From Macrostomum lignano (taxonomy: Eukaryota), in contig NIVC01000004.1 of NCBI GenBank assembly GCA_002269645.1, positions 496,001 to 560,000 of the forward strand: DNA of 64,000 bases, in the 5' to 3' direction. Both the position numbers and the translations under genes were made by a program. The notes under the pieces were generated by a model that was not told the DNA's origin, made no database searches, and saw only the letters and a program-made list of their open reading frames with translations. This document shows, in pieces, positions 24,060-53,244 of this stretch. The first letter of the stretch is position 1; every line of letters starts with the position of its first letter.

Positions 24060-24762
24060 GGACACAAATTACACAAACCTACACAAATTACACAAACCTA
24101 CACAAATTACCCAAACCTACATAAATTACACAAATTACACATACCTACACAAATTACACAAACCTACATAAATTACACAAATTACACATACCTACACAAA
24201 TTACACAAACCTACATAAATTACACAAACCTACACAAATTACACAAACCTACACAAATTACACAAACCTACACAAATTACACAAACCTACATAAATTACA
24301 CAAACCTACACAAATTACACAAACCTACATAAATTACACAAACCTACACAAATTAAACAAACCTACACAAATTACACAAACCTACACAAATTACACAAAC
24401 CTACATAAATTACACAAACCTACACAAATTACACAAACCTACACAAATTACACAAACCTACATAAATTACACAAACCTACACAAATTACACAAACCTACA
24501 TAAATTACACAAACCTACACAAATTACACAAACCTACACAAATTACACAAACCTACACAAATTACACAAACCTACACAAATTACACAAACCTACACAAAT
24601 TACACAAACCTACACAAATTACACAAACCTACACAAATTACACAAACCTACACAAATTACACAAACCTACACAAATTACACAAACCTACACAAATTACAC
24701 AAACCTACACAAATTAGACAAACCTACACAAATTACACAAACCTACATAAATTACACAAACC
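24060..24762. repeat. 19-bp AC-rich minisatellite
   Basis: ACACAAATTACACAAACCT, about 36 copies. Confidence 0.95.
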
Positions 24763-25246
24763 TCGAGCTGCGCCTCAGTCGCCAGCACCGCACCCGCATC
24801 AAGTATGCGTCATTAGGGCAGAACAATGAAATTTACCTAATTAGTTATTCGCAAACCTTTGCATCGAGGTTTGTTCTGAGCCGGGCACACACATAGAATC
24901 CGCCTTTTCCAAGCCAAAAAGACCGAGGCATTTAAAGGCAGAAGTCAGCCGAGTCTCCTCAGGCCTAGAATAGCACAGTCGGCTCATCAGCCTGCAGATG
25001 CGCAATCCACCAAGGGCTCGAGCTCGAGTCGAGCCCGCTGGAATATCAACCACCATCGCGTGACTCTCTCAAATTAGGCGTCTGTCCCCGCCCGGGCCAT
25101 GGCGAGGCCGCCCTCGCCCTTTGCCGATCCGACAGCCCACGCTTTGCTGCAGCTCGCACTCCTTTATAATCAAAGCCGAGGGCCGCCTGCAGCAGCAGCT
25201 GTCGCCTTCTCTGCTGAAATGAGAAGAAGAGAGGCGCCATTGAGAA

Positions 25247-25672
25247 GGAAGGGAGAGGCGCTATTGAGAGGGAAGAAGAGAAGCGCCATTGAGAGGGAAG
25301 AGAGGCGCCATTGAGAAGGAAGAGAGAGGCGCTATTGAGAGGGAAGAGAGAAGCGCTATTGAGAGGGAAGAGAGAAGCGCTATTGAGAGGGAAGAGAGAA
25401 GCGCCATTGAGAGGGAAGAGAGAGGCGCTATTGAGAGGGAAGAGAGAAGCGCCATTGAGAGGGAAGAGAGAGGCGCTATTGAGAGGGAAGAGAGAAGCGC
25501 CATTGAGAGGGAAGAGAGAAGCGCCATTGAGAGGGAAGAGAGGCGCTATTGAGAGGGAAGAGAGAAGCGCCATTGAGAGGGAAGAGAGAAGCGCCATTGA
25601 GAGGGAAGAGAGAGGCGCCATTGAGAGGGAAGAGAGAAGCGCTATTGAGAGGGAAGAGAGAGGCGCCATTGA
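25247..25672. repeat. 24-bp GA-rich minisatellite
   Basis: GAGAGGGAAGAGAGAAGCGCCATT, about 18 copies. Confidence 0.93.
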
Positions 25673-26361
25673 GACGGCTGAGAAGAGAAAGGCGCTCAGA
25701 GGAGCGAATGCTCTGTGCTGTCTGTACGCGCAGCGCATCCCCTAGCAGGTCCCATCAATGGCTGGTCATCCTTTGTTCGGCCCCTCTAGCCCGAAACTCT
25801 GCCTCTTAGCACTGAACGCCAAGGCACATTTAAAATCGCTGTGCATCACCTGCCACGGAACGGTCATCGATCACCGTGCCGGCATTTCCGGCTTTTAACT
25901 CAGCCAGTTTTCATTAAGCAGCTCCTGTGCCTGGAATCTACAGTGGCGTGAACTAAGGCCGCACCAAAATATGAGCGCGGCTGGAGACTGAGTCCGGGAT
26001 CTCGGTCTCGATCGAGCAGACACTTCAAGTACAAACCGTCCCGCCTTCCAGAGTCATCGGATGAGGCGGCGTGTCGTCTGACACGGACCGCCATTCGTTC
26101 GCCATACTCGCCATACTCGCCATACTCGCCACACTCGCCATACTCGCCATACTCGCCATACTCGCCACACTCGCCACACTCGCCACACTCGCCACACTCG
26201 CCACACTCGCACCTCTCCTGCAGCACAGCGGACTGGGCAGCTGCCCAGACTCCGCCGTCGCCCCTGTCGCTGGCGCCTGTGGCTTCGGTTGAGTCGTCAA
26301 CTGAGACCGAAGCGGAGGAGACCGAGGCCGAGGCTGAGCAGGCGGCAAAGTCGGAGGCTGA

Positions 26362-42270
<15,909 letters not shown>

Positions 42271-43499
42271 ATGGCCCTGCTCGCATCACTCTACTGAAAG
42301 CAGCTGGGAAAGGCAAATTTTCTTGTCGAAGCGGTGCAGTTCGGGATTGACACTTCCTCTGCATCTGAGGATCAAAAGCAGGCATTAAGAGAGCTACTTG
42401 AGCTGATATTTTTGTTTCAATGTAATTCAATGCGCCACACTTTTCCTGCTTTTGCTGTTTTGCTACCAGTCCTGTTGTTGCAGACACCCTGCTGCCGCGT
42501 TGCGAAGCAATTTTATATGCTTATTTTTGTCAAAAATCTGCTTTTACCGCTATCAGCATTGCTTTACTTATGCAGTCGCACCGTCACACGCTCCTCTCTC
42601 TCGGCTATCAAAGGTCCAAGGTCTCACTTTCGGTCTCGTCCATCTGCCACCTGCCGATCATCTCAGCTTTCTTCTATTTGAGCTTCTTGCCCTCTGACAC
42701 CAGCTGATCGTGTTCTTGTGTTACCTGTGAAAATGCTGGTGTGCATATTAATGTCAGGCAAATAATCCGGAGGCCATCGAATTATTGGCGGCTGTCCCTC
42801 AGCTGTCAGATGAAAAGTTGCTTGTGCTTATAATTTTTTATCAACTTTTATTTATAAGCAGAAAATTCAGAGAGCGGCTAAGGCAAGTAAAAGAGACTGA
42901 GAACTTTGATTAGCAGCGGGTTGCAGTGCGGTTTCGAGATGCGGAATAACGGAGAATATAAAATCTGCGGCATTCGCTTTTGCATTCAGCTGAGTGCAAC
43001 TTGTGGCAGTTACTTGGAAAAAACGGAGACCAGGTTTCTCTTTGAGAAAAGGTTAAAGGTTTGGGACAGCTGGGACAAGGAAGGACGGCAAAGCATAGCA
43101 ACAGAAATCTACAGCGCGACGCGGAGAAATTCGCAAAACTTCGAAATCAATTTGGAGAGGGTGGGATACGCTAAGACGTCAGTTTGCAAGATAATAAGCA
43201 ATATTAAATTTGCTGGGCTGAGATGAGTCGGCTTCCGGCATCATCAGGCGGCAGTCTGGAAGTCAGTGGTTGCACAAGCTTTGACATCAAGCAGCCAAGC
43301 AATTAAAAAGCAGGTGTCACACAAGACTGCGAGCTCACCAACTGCTTGCTGGCAGTCGCTGCTGCTTGCGGCTTCTGTAGCCCCGGTACGTGGCCTGGAT
43401 CTTCGTGGCCGCCTGGTGATACATCGGGTCCTGGAAGTGGCGGGGGTGACTTAGCGATTCCTGGTTGACTTTTAGGTCTAGCTGTGTGTGTTGGGGCTA

Positions 43500-43735
43500 T
43501 GGTTATAAATAGTACAGGTACACACTCATAGACACGCTCACGGGGTGTACAGGCCCTGACTTTCTATTCGTCAGGCATGTACACTATCTGTGCCTTGGGG
43601 GCTGGCCCTCCTGGGCGCGAATCACACGGCAACCCCTCGGCCAATTTCATGCTCAAGCCTAAATGAATATGGGTGAGCACGGAATCGAACCCCGGGTCGC
43701 GGCGCAGAGTCGGGCGCGTCTACCGCTGAGGCTGG
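43500..43735 (-). mobile_element. tRNA-derived SINE, second family; 3' fragments also at 47895-47960, 50695-50790 and 61425-61540
   Basis: Minus strand reads AGCCTCAGCGGTAGACGCG...GGGGTTCGATTCC (A- and B-box-like). The shared 3' part (plus strand GGGGTGTACAG..CCCTGACTTTCTA..CGTCAGG.CATGTACAC..CTGTGCCTTG) recurs in the other copies. Confidence 0.7.
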
Positions 43736-44189
43736 GTTAGGGTTAAAATACCTCGTATCCATCATACTGCTCAGCTCTGTAGGTTGTGGCGTCGTTATGC
43801 TGCTGCTGGCCCGGCCTGGCATGGCTGGTTACGGGACTGTTGCTGTTAGACAGCACCTGGGCACGAATGAGATAAAAATGCAAGCCGTTAGTTGCTATGC
43901 AACATTGGCGCTGGCTGCGCTGCTATAGTGACGTTAGCAAGTGTGAGTAGATCATCCGATTAGCTGCTCATCCTGGCTGCCAATGCATTCTAATATCGCA
44001 ATGTTAAGCCGAAAAGCAAGCGCTGTTTTAGACACATGCGCTGTGTGAGATGCGCTGGAGTCAAACACCTACCGGATGGGGGGATGAGAGAGACAGGTTG
44101 GCGATAAAGGGGTTCTGCGGTGCGGGGAGCGTTTTGGGACATGGCGCGCTTGGGATGAGGCGGGCGGAAGCGGCCGAGGAGCATCCGCT

Positions 44190-47100
44190 TCAGGCGCCAC
44201 CGCTGCCCGCAGCCTTGCCGGCCTCCTGCCTGGCCACCTGCTTGCGGGTCTTGTAGCTGTTCACCGAGGCCTGGATGGACTTAGCGGCCGCCTTCTCCTC
44301 CTCCGACATTGGCTTCTGCTGCTTCTGCGGCTGCTGCTGCTGCTTTTGCTTCTTGGAGTTGGCCGCGTCGTTCTTCACCTCAATGGGCCGCTGGGCCACC
44401 TTGGAGGCCGCCTGTTTTCTGGCTTCAAAGCCCTTGACGCTCGACTGGATGGTGCCCGCGGCCTGCGCCTTCTCCTCCGGGCTCGCCTTCGCACCCTTGG
44501 GCTTCGCGTTGGCCTTGGAGTTGACCAGCTCGGGCCGGATCGTCACCGGGCCGCCCGTCCGCTTCTCTGCGGCCACTTTGCGGGTCTCGAACCCGCGGAT
44601 GCTGGCCTGGATCTGCCCGGCCGCCTTTGCCTTCTCGGCCTTCGGGCGGGCGGAGGTCGAATTGGGCTGGGGAGGTGAGGCTGGCTGAGTCTCCGAGTGG
44701 GGAATGTTTGAGTTGAGCTGTTTGGGAGGTGAGTCTGGTTGAGTCTCCGAGTGGGGAATGTTTGAGTTGAGCTGTTTGGGGGGTGAGTCTGGCTGAGTCT
44801 CCGAGTGGGGAATGTTTGAGTTGAGCTGTTTGGGAGGTGAGTCTGGCTGAGTCTCCGAGTGGGGAATGTTTGAGTTGAGCTGTTTGGGGAGGTGAGGCTG
44901 GCTGAGTCTCCGATTGGGGAATGTTTGAGTTGAGCTGTTTGGGAGGTGAGTCTGTCTAGGAAAGGTTGCTATACATGTACATATATTGAACAGCGGTGAC
45001 AAAACGTGCAACTGCCAGTAATAGAAGCAACAGTTTGGCAATTCGGTCCTGAATGAGGAAAAAACCAAGCAAGTGGCATAAAGTCAATCTACCAAGCATA
45101 AATATTTAAGTTCTACAAATAGGAGCCGGCAAAGCAGCCCTTTGAGCCACCTCTAAAAAGCCATGGTTTTGCGGTAAAGTGCCGTGTGCGCTGTGACCTG
45201 CAGTGCCATGTACAACACTCACTGCACAGCTTCAAGCATGCGGCAAGCCAGCCGAGTTTTCACATTTCATACTCACAAATTTCAGCTCTCAATCTAAATG
45301 ACGAGCATTGAGACTCCTGCATACTCACTGCGCCACTCACCCCTCAATGTAGATCCTGCACACTCACTGCGCCACTCACCACTCAATGTAGATCCTGCAC
45401 ACTCACTGCGCCACTCACCCCTCAATGTAGATCCTGCACACTCACTGCGCCACTCACCCCTCAATGTAGATCCTGCACACTCACTGCGCCACTCACCCCT
45501 CAATGTAGATCCTGTACACTCACTGCGCCACACACCACCCTCAATGTAGATCCTGCACACTCACTGCGCCACTCACCCTTCCTCAATGTAGATCCTGCAC
45601 ACTCACTGCGCCACTCACCACTCAATGTAGATCCTGCACACTCACTGCGCCACTCACCCCTCAATGTAGATCCTGCACACTCACTGCGCCACTCACCACT
45701 CAATGTAGATCCTGCACACTCACTGCGCCACTCACCCCTCAATGTAGATCCTGCACACTCACTGCGCCACTCACCCCTCAATGTAGATCCTGTACACTCA
45801 CTGCGCCACACACCACCCTCAATGTAGATCCTGTACACTCACTGCGCCACTCACCCTTCCTCAATGTAGATCCTGCACACTCACTGCGCCACACACCCCT
45901 CTCAATGTAGATCCTGTACACTCACTGCGCCATGCACCCCACTCAATGTAGATCCTGTACACTCACTGCGCCACACACCCCCCTCAATGTAGATCCTGTA
46001 CACTCACTGCGCCATGCACCCCACTCAATGTAGATCCTGTACACTCACTGCTCCACACACCCCACTCAATGTAGATCCTGTACACTCACTGCGCCATGCA
46101 CCCCACTCAATGTAGATCCTGCACACTCACTGCGCCACTCACCCCACTCAATGTAGATCCTGTACACTCACTGCGCCACACACCCCCCTCAATGTAGATC
46201 CTGTACACTCACTGCGCCATGCACCCCACTCAATGTAGATCCTGTACACTCACTGCTCCACACACCCCACTCAATGTAGATCCTGCACACTCACTGCGCC
46301 ACTCACCCCACTCAATGTAGATCCGGTACACTCACTGCGCCATGCACCCCACTCAATGTAGATCCGGTACACTGGCTTGCGGCTCATCACCTCACTCACC
46401 CCATGGATCCTACACACTTCATCACACACACAACAAACCACAGCTTTCCAACAGCTCTCATGAGTTCAAATTCACGCGCCAACCTCCTCGATGGAGACTC
46501 CGTCGCTGTTGCGCCGCCGCTGCCCGCCGGGGCTGCTGAACTCGCCGGGCTCGGTCTCGAAAGCCTCGCCCGCGTCAGCTCGCTTTGGAAAGGTTTTCGC
46601 CATAGTTGGTTAAAACGCTTTATGGGTCGACTGGAGGCGGAACAGAGACAACTAATTAGCATATCCAAGGTGCGTGGCCACCTTTGCTTACCTTGGTAGC
46701 TCCGCCTCCTTCACTATTGGTGGCTCTTGGATTCTGTTGAGCTTGGTCTCGCTGCGAGTCCTGCTTGCTTCTGCAAAGAGAGACGGATGAGGTGAGTGCC
46801 GGTGCATCGGAGGTTGGGCTCAGAATCCATGCAGCAAGAAGGTCTTTGATACTCACTTTCTGGACGAGTGCTTCTCTGGCGTGATGGGCTGCGACAAGTA
46901 CTTGATGGTCGACCTGAAGAGGTGCGCAATGGGCGATTGTTCGGTCTAAAGGTTTTCCAGAAATCTTGGTCAAGGATAAAAAAGGCTAATAAATGCAGCT
47001 AGTACAGGTATGAATGCAATTGTTCCTGTGAAGCCACACTACGCAATGCAAACTCTGAGGAAATCGAACTGTGAGCTGCAAAAACTGCTTGTTGAAAAAC

Positions 47101-49334
47101 ATAAAAAAGGTTGTAATGAAAACAGATTCTATCAGGAAATTTTCTATTAAAAAAGAACGCCTTAGAACGGTCTCGGCCTCACCACGCAGTGCTGTCGCTG
47201 AAAAAGGCCAAGATTACATGGACAGATGACAGATATTGCGTAACAATGCCACAATACCTGGCAGAAGCGCCAAAGATCAACAAATTTATTTAGAAAACGA
47301 ATCGCTCACTTTCTCTCAGCCTTGCCAAGAACGATGAGGGGCAGCTTCTGGCCGTACGGCCGGGACAGGAAGGGCTCGTGGCCGCCAGCTACGTAGTGCT
47401 TCTCGTGCTGCAGCTCCTGCGGCTCCCGGATGCGCCGGCCGCTGATGTCGAACAGCCTGCGGTGGGGAGGGGGGAACCAGTGGAATTCGCAGCGAACACC
47501 CGAACACAACAGCGGGTACGGCAGCAGTCAGTCGATAATGATGTCAAGCGCTCACTTTCTGATGGCCATGTTGTTAGGCAGGACCACTCGCTCCTCGACT
47601 GCCCGCAGCACCACCTCCATGCTGACCTGCTCGGATGGCCGAAGCATGACGATGATGGCCGGCGTGAACTCGTCACCGTTGCGGTACACCCTGGGGAAGG
47701 GGGAGCGCGGGGTTGTCTCAGTCAGAAAATTGATCCCACTCGTGGTTCCGGAGTACAGTTTATGGGGGAAGCAGACACAAGATAGTAATAATAATAATAT
47801 TTGCAGGAGGGCTGCGGGCACCCTGGAGCAAAACCTTCTTGGCGACATCGTCCCGCAACCAGTGGTGAAGCAATTTTGTCCATTTCGCCGACTCCTGAGC
47901 ACGCTAATACTGTACGTAGGCACGCGCTCACACAGGGGTACAGCGGCCGTTTGACTTTCTAATCCTCATGTGCGCTATTGGCTTTCTCGTTCGATTTCAG
48001 CAAAAGTGAATTCTATTTTGTCCGCTGCGCCTCCCGCCTACAGTTAGTGCATTCAATTTCGTGATCAGAAGAGCGCGGGGTGGTGGGTGCTACGGTAGTG
48101 AATTCTAATAAATTCTTGTTCTTGTTTTGTACCGCGAATTCCCCCCTCCAACGTTCTGTCCCGCTCACCTGATCGCCTTCGACTGCGAGCTGATCACATC
48201 CATCTTGGCGCCAAACCGAGGCTGCACGGACATCAGCTTCTTGTTGTGAACAACTGGCAGGATCTGCAGAGGCGGGGAGGGGCGTTCGTGATGACAAGGG
48301 GAGAACCGGGGGATCAAAGACAGCAGCGAAGAGTTGAGTCAATCAGAACTCACCGGCTCCAGCACGACTCGGTTGCTGCCCATCGGCTTCCTCGGTGAGG
48401 CCGTGGGCGATGCGCCGGAGCCCTTCGTCTCCGCGTGGCTCCCGTTGGCGCCGACCTCCGCCTCCGGGACGTAGCTGCAGCAGCATGGGAAATCAATGTA
48501 GAGGACTTGAGCCAGCTCAAGTAATAAACGAGCAATTGCTGCTTTTTCTAATTTGAAAATTTTATATAAAAATGGCAAGCAAAAGATTTCTGAATATTTA
48601 ATACGCTCATATCAGCGAATCCGTCAGCTAATTCCATCGATTTTGCCAAGCTCAAACGCATGTAGCTAGGCTCCCATCTTTGGGATGGTTGTCTCATTAG
48701 GGCAGAGGTCGGGGCAAAATTTTTACCTCAAGGGCCAGATAGATACAGAACCTACAGGTTACAGGTTACAGGTTTTATTAGGTTCCGTCACTTCGGGAAA
48801 GACAATGAGCCCTACAAAACCACAGGGAATTACGCTGACTCAACTCTCGGAATATCTACAGCTGAAACCCCTGCATGCGCCCATGGCTATATAAGAAATC
48901 CATGGATAAATTTTTTCCTGAGAATTATGGAATTGTTTTGACCCTACAACTTCAACCAATGCTCACGTCATTGGCTTAAACCGCTCGCCCCTGGCCAGCG
49001 CCACATAGTGTCCCTTGTCCTCGAAGCTGTCCAAATCATGGATGCGCCTCCGTCCTCGCTTCGGCGTCACGATGTTGCGCACCGCGCCGCGCAGTGGGTT
49101 CACCGACATGGTCACCTGTTCCAGGAAGACGTCCCAATCGCGTAGCTGGCGCCGGTTCAGCACAAACTTCTTGGAGGGCGCGAACACGTCGCCGTTGCGG
49201 AAAATGTACACGCACTTGGCTGTAGCCGAGGCCGACGACTGCGAGGCCTGTGGAGGACCTTCACCGCCGCCGGCTGGCGCCTCGCCGTTTTGCGCCGGCG
49301 GCTGCAGCTCGGTAGATTTCGGATCCGTAGCCAT
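44190..49334 (-). CDS. Doublecortin-domain protein (DCDC2-like, two DCX domains) with three C-terminal IQ motifs
   Basis: Exons 49334..48967, 48474..48354, 48263..48169, 47690..47556, 47456..47310, 46913..46857, 46770..46692, 44666..44190. All GT-AG and phase-consistent; 1479 nt, 492 aa. DCX1: VYIFRNGDVF..KFVLNRRQLRDWDVFLEQVT..GAVRNIVT. DCX2: VYRNGDEF..AIRKLFDISGRRI..HYVAGGHEPF. Last exon: IQASIRGFETRK, IQSSVKGFEARK, IQASVNSYKTRK. Confidence 0.85.
44675..44950. repeat. 54-bp minisatellite abutting the last acceptor of the DCX gene
   Basis: GGCTGAGTCTCCGAGTGGGGAATGTTTGAGTTGAGCTGTTTGGGAGGTGAGTCT, about 5 copies. Confidence 0.92.
45318..46368. repeat. 39-41-bp intronic minisatellite
   Basis: CACTCACTGCGCCACTCACCCCTCAATGTAGATCCTGCA, about 26 copies. 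Confidence 0.95.
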
Positions 49335-50951
49335 GAAACTCTCAGGCTACAGCATGACCTGCTGACTGCTCGGTTTAGCTTAAGCGGCGGCCGTCTCGCT
49401 ATTGGAGTAGGGCCGATCGTAAGTGCAAAAGAACTAACGGCTTGTTTCTCCGCCTTTTGTCAGACTGTTGCAGGTTTGTTTTACTCGACTGAGGTGTGGA
49501 GACGCCACTAAGAGACCTAGGCGAGAAGAGAGAAGAAAACGAATGAAGGAAAGACAGCTAGAAATTTGCGCAACCAGCGCAGACTGAAAACGCGCGCCTC
49601 TGCCGTGGAAGCCATGACAACACGCGGAGGTTGGGTGGCTGCCGGTGGAAGGTAGGAATTAGGCAAGGAGCGGAGCTGCAGTGCGTTGCGCGCGTGTGTG
49701 CGGGCTGGATGCTCTCGCCCGGGCAACTGTGCAAGCCCGTACAGCTGCCGGCCCGCCCTCACCAGCCCCATTGTGCTCTTGTGCGTGCGAAAGCGGGTGA
49801 GCTGTCGACTCTAGAGGGGAGACCGCAGTGCATATCTGGCAGCAAGCTTGACTGTGCCATCCAGCCAGAGCCAATTGATTTCAGCAGCCGGCTTGCTGAC
49901 TTCTGCCGCTTCCTCCTCCCCCCCAACCGTAACAACCGGCCTGCCCAGATCACCATGGGCACTTGGACTGAGGTGGCTGCGCTGTCTTACATCTTTACAA
50001 TCTGCATTACAATCTGGACCAGTACAGCTGATGCCTGAGCTGCCGTATACACGCGGCATGGAAATTAATCAACGCCCCTCCCCCGCCTCAATAGTATAGC
50101 TTAACTCAGCAGCAGGCTGCGCATGGCAACAAGAGTGCACGCTGAACAAGGCGGTATCGGTGACAAGGCGAAGGTCCGGAAGGTCTCGGAGAGTGTCTTT
50201 CCGAAACACACTCAAGTGGCCCGTGGGATACATAGACCATGCAATCCAGAACAAGGCAAATTTCTAACAGCGAACGCGTGATTGCGAGAAAGTTTTTATC
50301 ATGACACATTTGTATACATTTTGCAAATGTACTTTTTATTAATAAACCCAGGCAAACAGAAGTTATAAAATGAATACGACAGCGATTATAGGCCAGAATA
50401 GGTACAACAGACTATAGTTGAGGCAATATTTTGATTCGCCAAGAAACGAGCAAATCGCAGGCATACAAATAATAAAGCTGACTAAAATGAGAAATATACA
50501 GAATAGTAACTGAAAGACACAAAACACAGACTACTTATAACGAATAGTAAGCAGTAATATATGGCGCAAGTTTATAAAATCTGCTAGACAACATCTAGAG
50601 TAGCTAGTAAGAACTATTGAGAAATACTACAATTTGCGTATAACAGCATGTATTCGATAGTGTGACAAGCAGTCATGTCCATTCTCTGCCTCCTGAGCAC
50701 GCTCACAGGTACACAGACAGGCACTCATACAGGGGGTGTACAGCGACCCTGACTTTCTAATCGTCAGGGCATGTACACCCTCTGTGCCTTGTGAGCACAA
50801 GCCCCAAATCAGAAGCCCATCTTGGAACAGAAGGGGGGCGCAAGTGGGAATTTTATTCTATACGGGGTTAAATCGTTACAAATTGCACACACGAGATCGC
50901 ATGAGATCACCGATAGGAACAGGACAGCAAGCCACAGTAAGCAGGGGAGTC

Positions 50952-53105
50952 TCAGGCAAAGTCGGTGACCAAAGCGCTGGCGGGCAGCGAGCGCAGCACC
51001 GGCATGCCGGCAAAGTTGGTGCCCAGCACTTCGTCGGGCCGCAGCGGCAAGCTGGCCGACTGGCTGAGCAAAGCCGAGCAGCCGGCCAGCCAATGAGGCA
51101 GCGGCTGCTCGAGCTGCTGCCAGGTGGCCGACTGCGCACCGGCGTGGGCGCGCACCAGCGGCAGGCGGACCTCCGTCTGGAGGCGACGGCCGCCGTCCAG
51201 CGACACCAGCAACTGCAGGAAGTGCTGGCAGGTGAGCCGGTGCGAGTTCACCGTCTGTGCGAAGTCGCACGGCGTTGGCGACGGGATCGGGATCTTCAGA
51301 TCGTCGAAGCCGCACTCGATCACCTGCGGGGATGTGGAACCAAGCTTTACATAGATCTACTGGCAGATCCCACAGCCTGCACTGGCAGATCCCACAGCCT
51401 GCACTGGCAGATCCCACAGCCTGCACTGGCAGATCCCACAGCCTGCACTGGCAGATCCCACAGCCTGCACTGGCAGATCCCACAGCCTGCACTAACAGAT
51501 CCCACGGCCTGCACTAACAGATCCCACGCGACTGGCAGATCCCACAGCCTACACTTAACAGATCCCACAGCCTACACTTAACAGATCCCACAGCCTACAC
51601 TTAACAGATCCCACAGCCTACACTAACAGATCCCACAGCCTACACTAACAGATCCCACAGCCTACACTAACAGATCCCACAGCCTGCACTGGCAGATCCC
51701 ACAGCCTGCACTGGCAGATCCCACAGCCTACACTAACAGATCCCACAGCCTACACTTAACAGATCCCACAGCCTGCACTAACAGATCCCACGGCCTGCAA
51801 TAACAGATCCCGCAGCCTGCACTGGCAGATCCCACAGCCTGCACTAACAGATCCCACAGCCTACACTAACAGATCCCACAGCCTACACTTAACAGATCCC
51901 ACAGCCTACACTAACAGATCCCACAGCCTACACTAACAGATCCCACAGCCTACACTAACAGATCCCACAGCCTACACTGGCAGATCCCACAGCCTACACT
52001 TAACAGATCCCACAGCCTGCACTAACAGATCCCACGCGACTGACAGATCCCACAGCCTGCACTAACAGATCCCACGCGACTGACAGATCCCACGCGACTG
52101 ACAGATCCCGCAGCCTGACCTCGGGATCGCTGCCGGGCATGAGCATGGACCACCATGTAGAGCAGACGCTGACGCAGTGCGGACACTTGGTCGGATCGTG
52201 CGGCTGCAACTGCTGCAGCTGCTCGCCGTTGTCAACGCAGGCCACGGAGATGCGGCGCAGCAGCTTGATGGCGACGTTCTCGATGGTCCGCCGGGTCTCA
52301 TTGACCAGCCGCAGGGTGACGGTGAGAAACTCGCCGAAGCGGACAGCCTGCCGGTCCAGGCTGAGGCCGAGTCGCAGCGTCTTGCGCATGGCCGGGATGA
52401 CGGACAGGTTCAGCGAGTCATTCACCGAGAGCGCCTCCTCGGAGCCCGGCACTTCCTCGTCCACCAGCAGGTCGAGGCGGGCGCCGAAGCGCTGACTCTG
52501 CGGCGACGCCAGGCTGATGCTGTAGGCCACCCGGCAGGCCTCGGGCAGGTCGCTGGCCTCGCAGCAGAGCTCGTCGAACTCGGCAAAGTAGAAGCTGGCG
52601 GGCAGCAGGTTGGGCAGCGGCAGCTTGAAGGGGATCAGGTAGCTGCCGAACGGGATTGGCTGGGGCAGGCTGAGCAGCTCGTAGGACTGGTCGATGAGGC
52701 AGGCTGAGCTGCTCTGGCCCTTGCGCCGGCTCCACGTGACTGGAAATGGAGATTGCAGTTCGAGAGTGGACTACTCTTCGCTGGCTGGGTTCGCCCCTTT
52801 CAACCCCAGCCCCAGCAGCGGACCAGGGCAATAGGCTTCGGTCAGGACCCGCGCCCAGCGAGCGCCAGCCATTCCAGAGGTCCCAAACTCGATTCTATGT
52901 AATTCGCAGCTTGAAGTGCTCTATTGCTCATAGCTGCTATCAGACTACAGACGACAGAGCAGAACTAACCAGTCTCCGTGCCCTGGATGCGAATCTGCAG
53001 CGAGCGAATCTGCGTTGGCCGGCAGATGCAGATGTAGGCGGCGCCGTAGACAATCTCGCCGGCATGGTAGCTGCTCTGGTTGAGGCACAGGGCCGCTTCG
53101 TTCAT
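50952..53105 (-). CDS. Arrestin-domain-containing protein (alpha-arrestin-like)
   Basis: Exons 53105..52970 (MNEAALCLNQSSYHAGEIVYGAAYICI..IRSLQIRIQGTET), 52739..52120 (VTW..GSYLIPFKLPLPNLLPASFYF..VAYSI..LSLDRQAVRFGEFLTVTLRLVNETRRTIENVAIKL) and 51323..50952 (..LTCQHFLQL..EVRLPL..*). Phases match; 1128 nt, 375 aa. The YxxGExVxG, GxY.FPF.LP.LP.SF and L.I.N.T motifs fit Arrestin_N/Arrestin_C. Confidence 0.75.
51352..52117. repeat. 22/23-bp minisatellite filling arrestin intron 2
   Basis: CAGATCCCACAGCCTGCACTGG and CAGATCCCACAGCCTACACTAA variants, about 34 copies. Confidence 0.95.
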
Positions 53106-53244
53106 GGCTGCTTCTGCTTGGCTTGTGGGCCTGTTCCGGCTGCTGTCAGCTCTACGAGTCTGGGGGACTCTGCGCGCTGGAAGTTGTGCCCGTTGGAGGT
53201 TAATACGGGGGTTTGGAAATCAGTGCGGACATAAAAACTGAGAC

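Noticed and set aside
43670-43740. tRNA gene
   Set aside because: A/B boxes are present but there is no convincing acceptor or anticodon stem, and it runs into a dispersed repeat body, so it was called a SINE head.
47700-47960. Extra DCX-gene exon implied by ORF 47552..47923
   Set aside because: This part is intron containing a SINE fragment; exon 48263..48169 already supplies the correct phases.
50736-52707. Plus-strand ORFs 50736..51581 and 52177..52707
   Set aside because: Antisense to the arrestin exons; the minus-strand model has proper splice sites and motifs.
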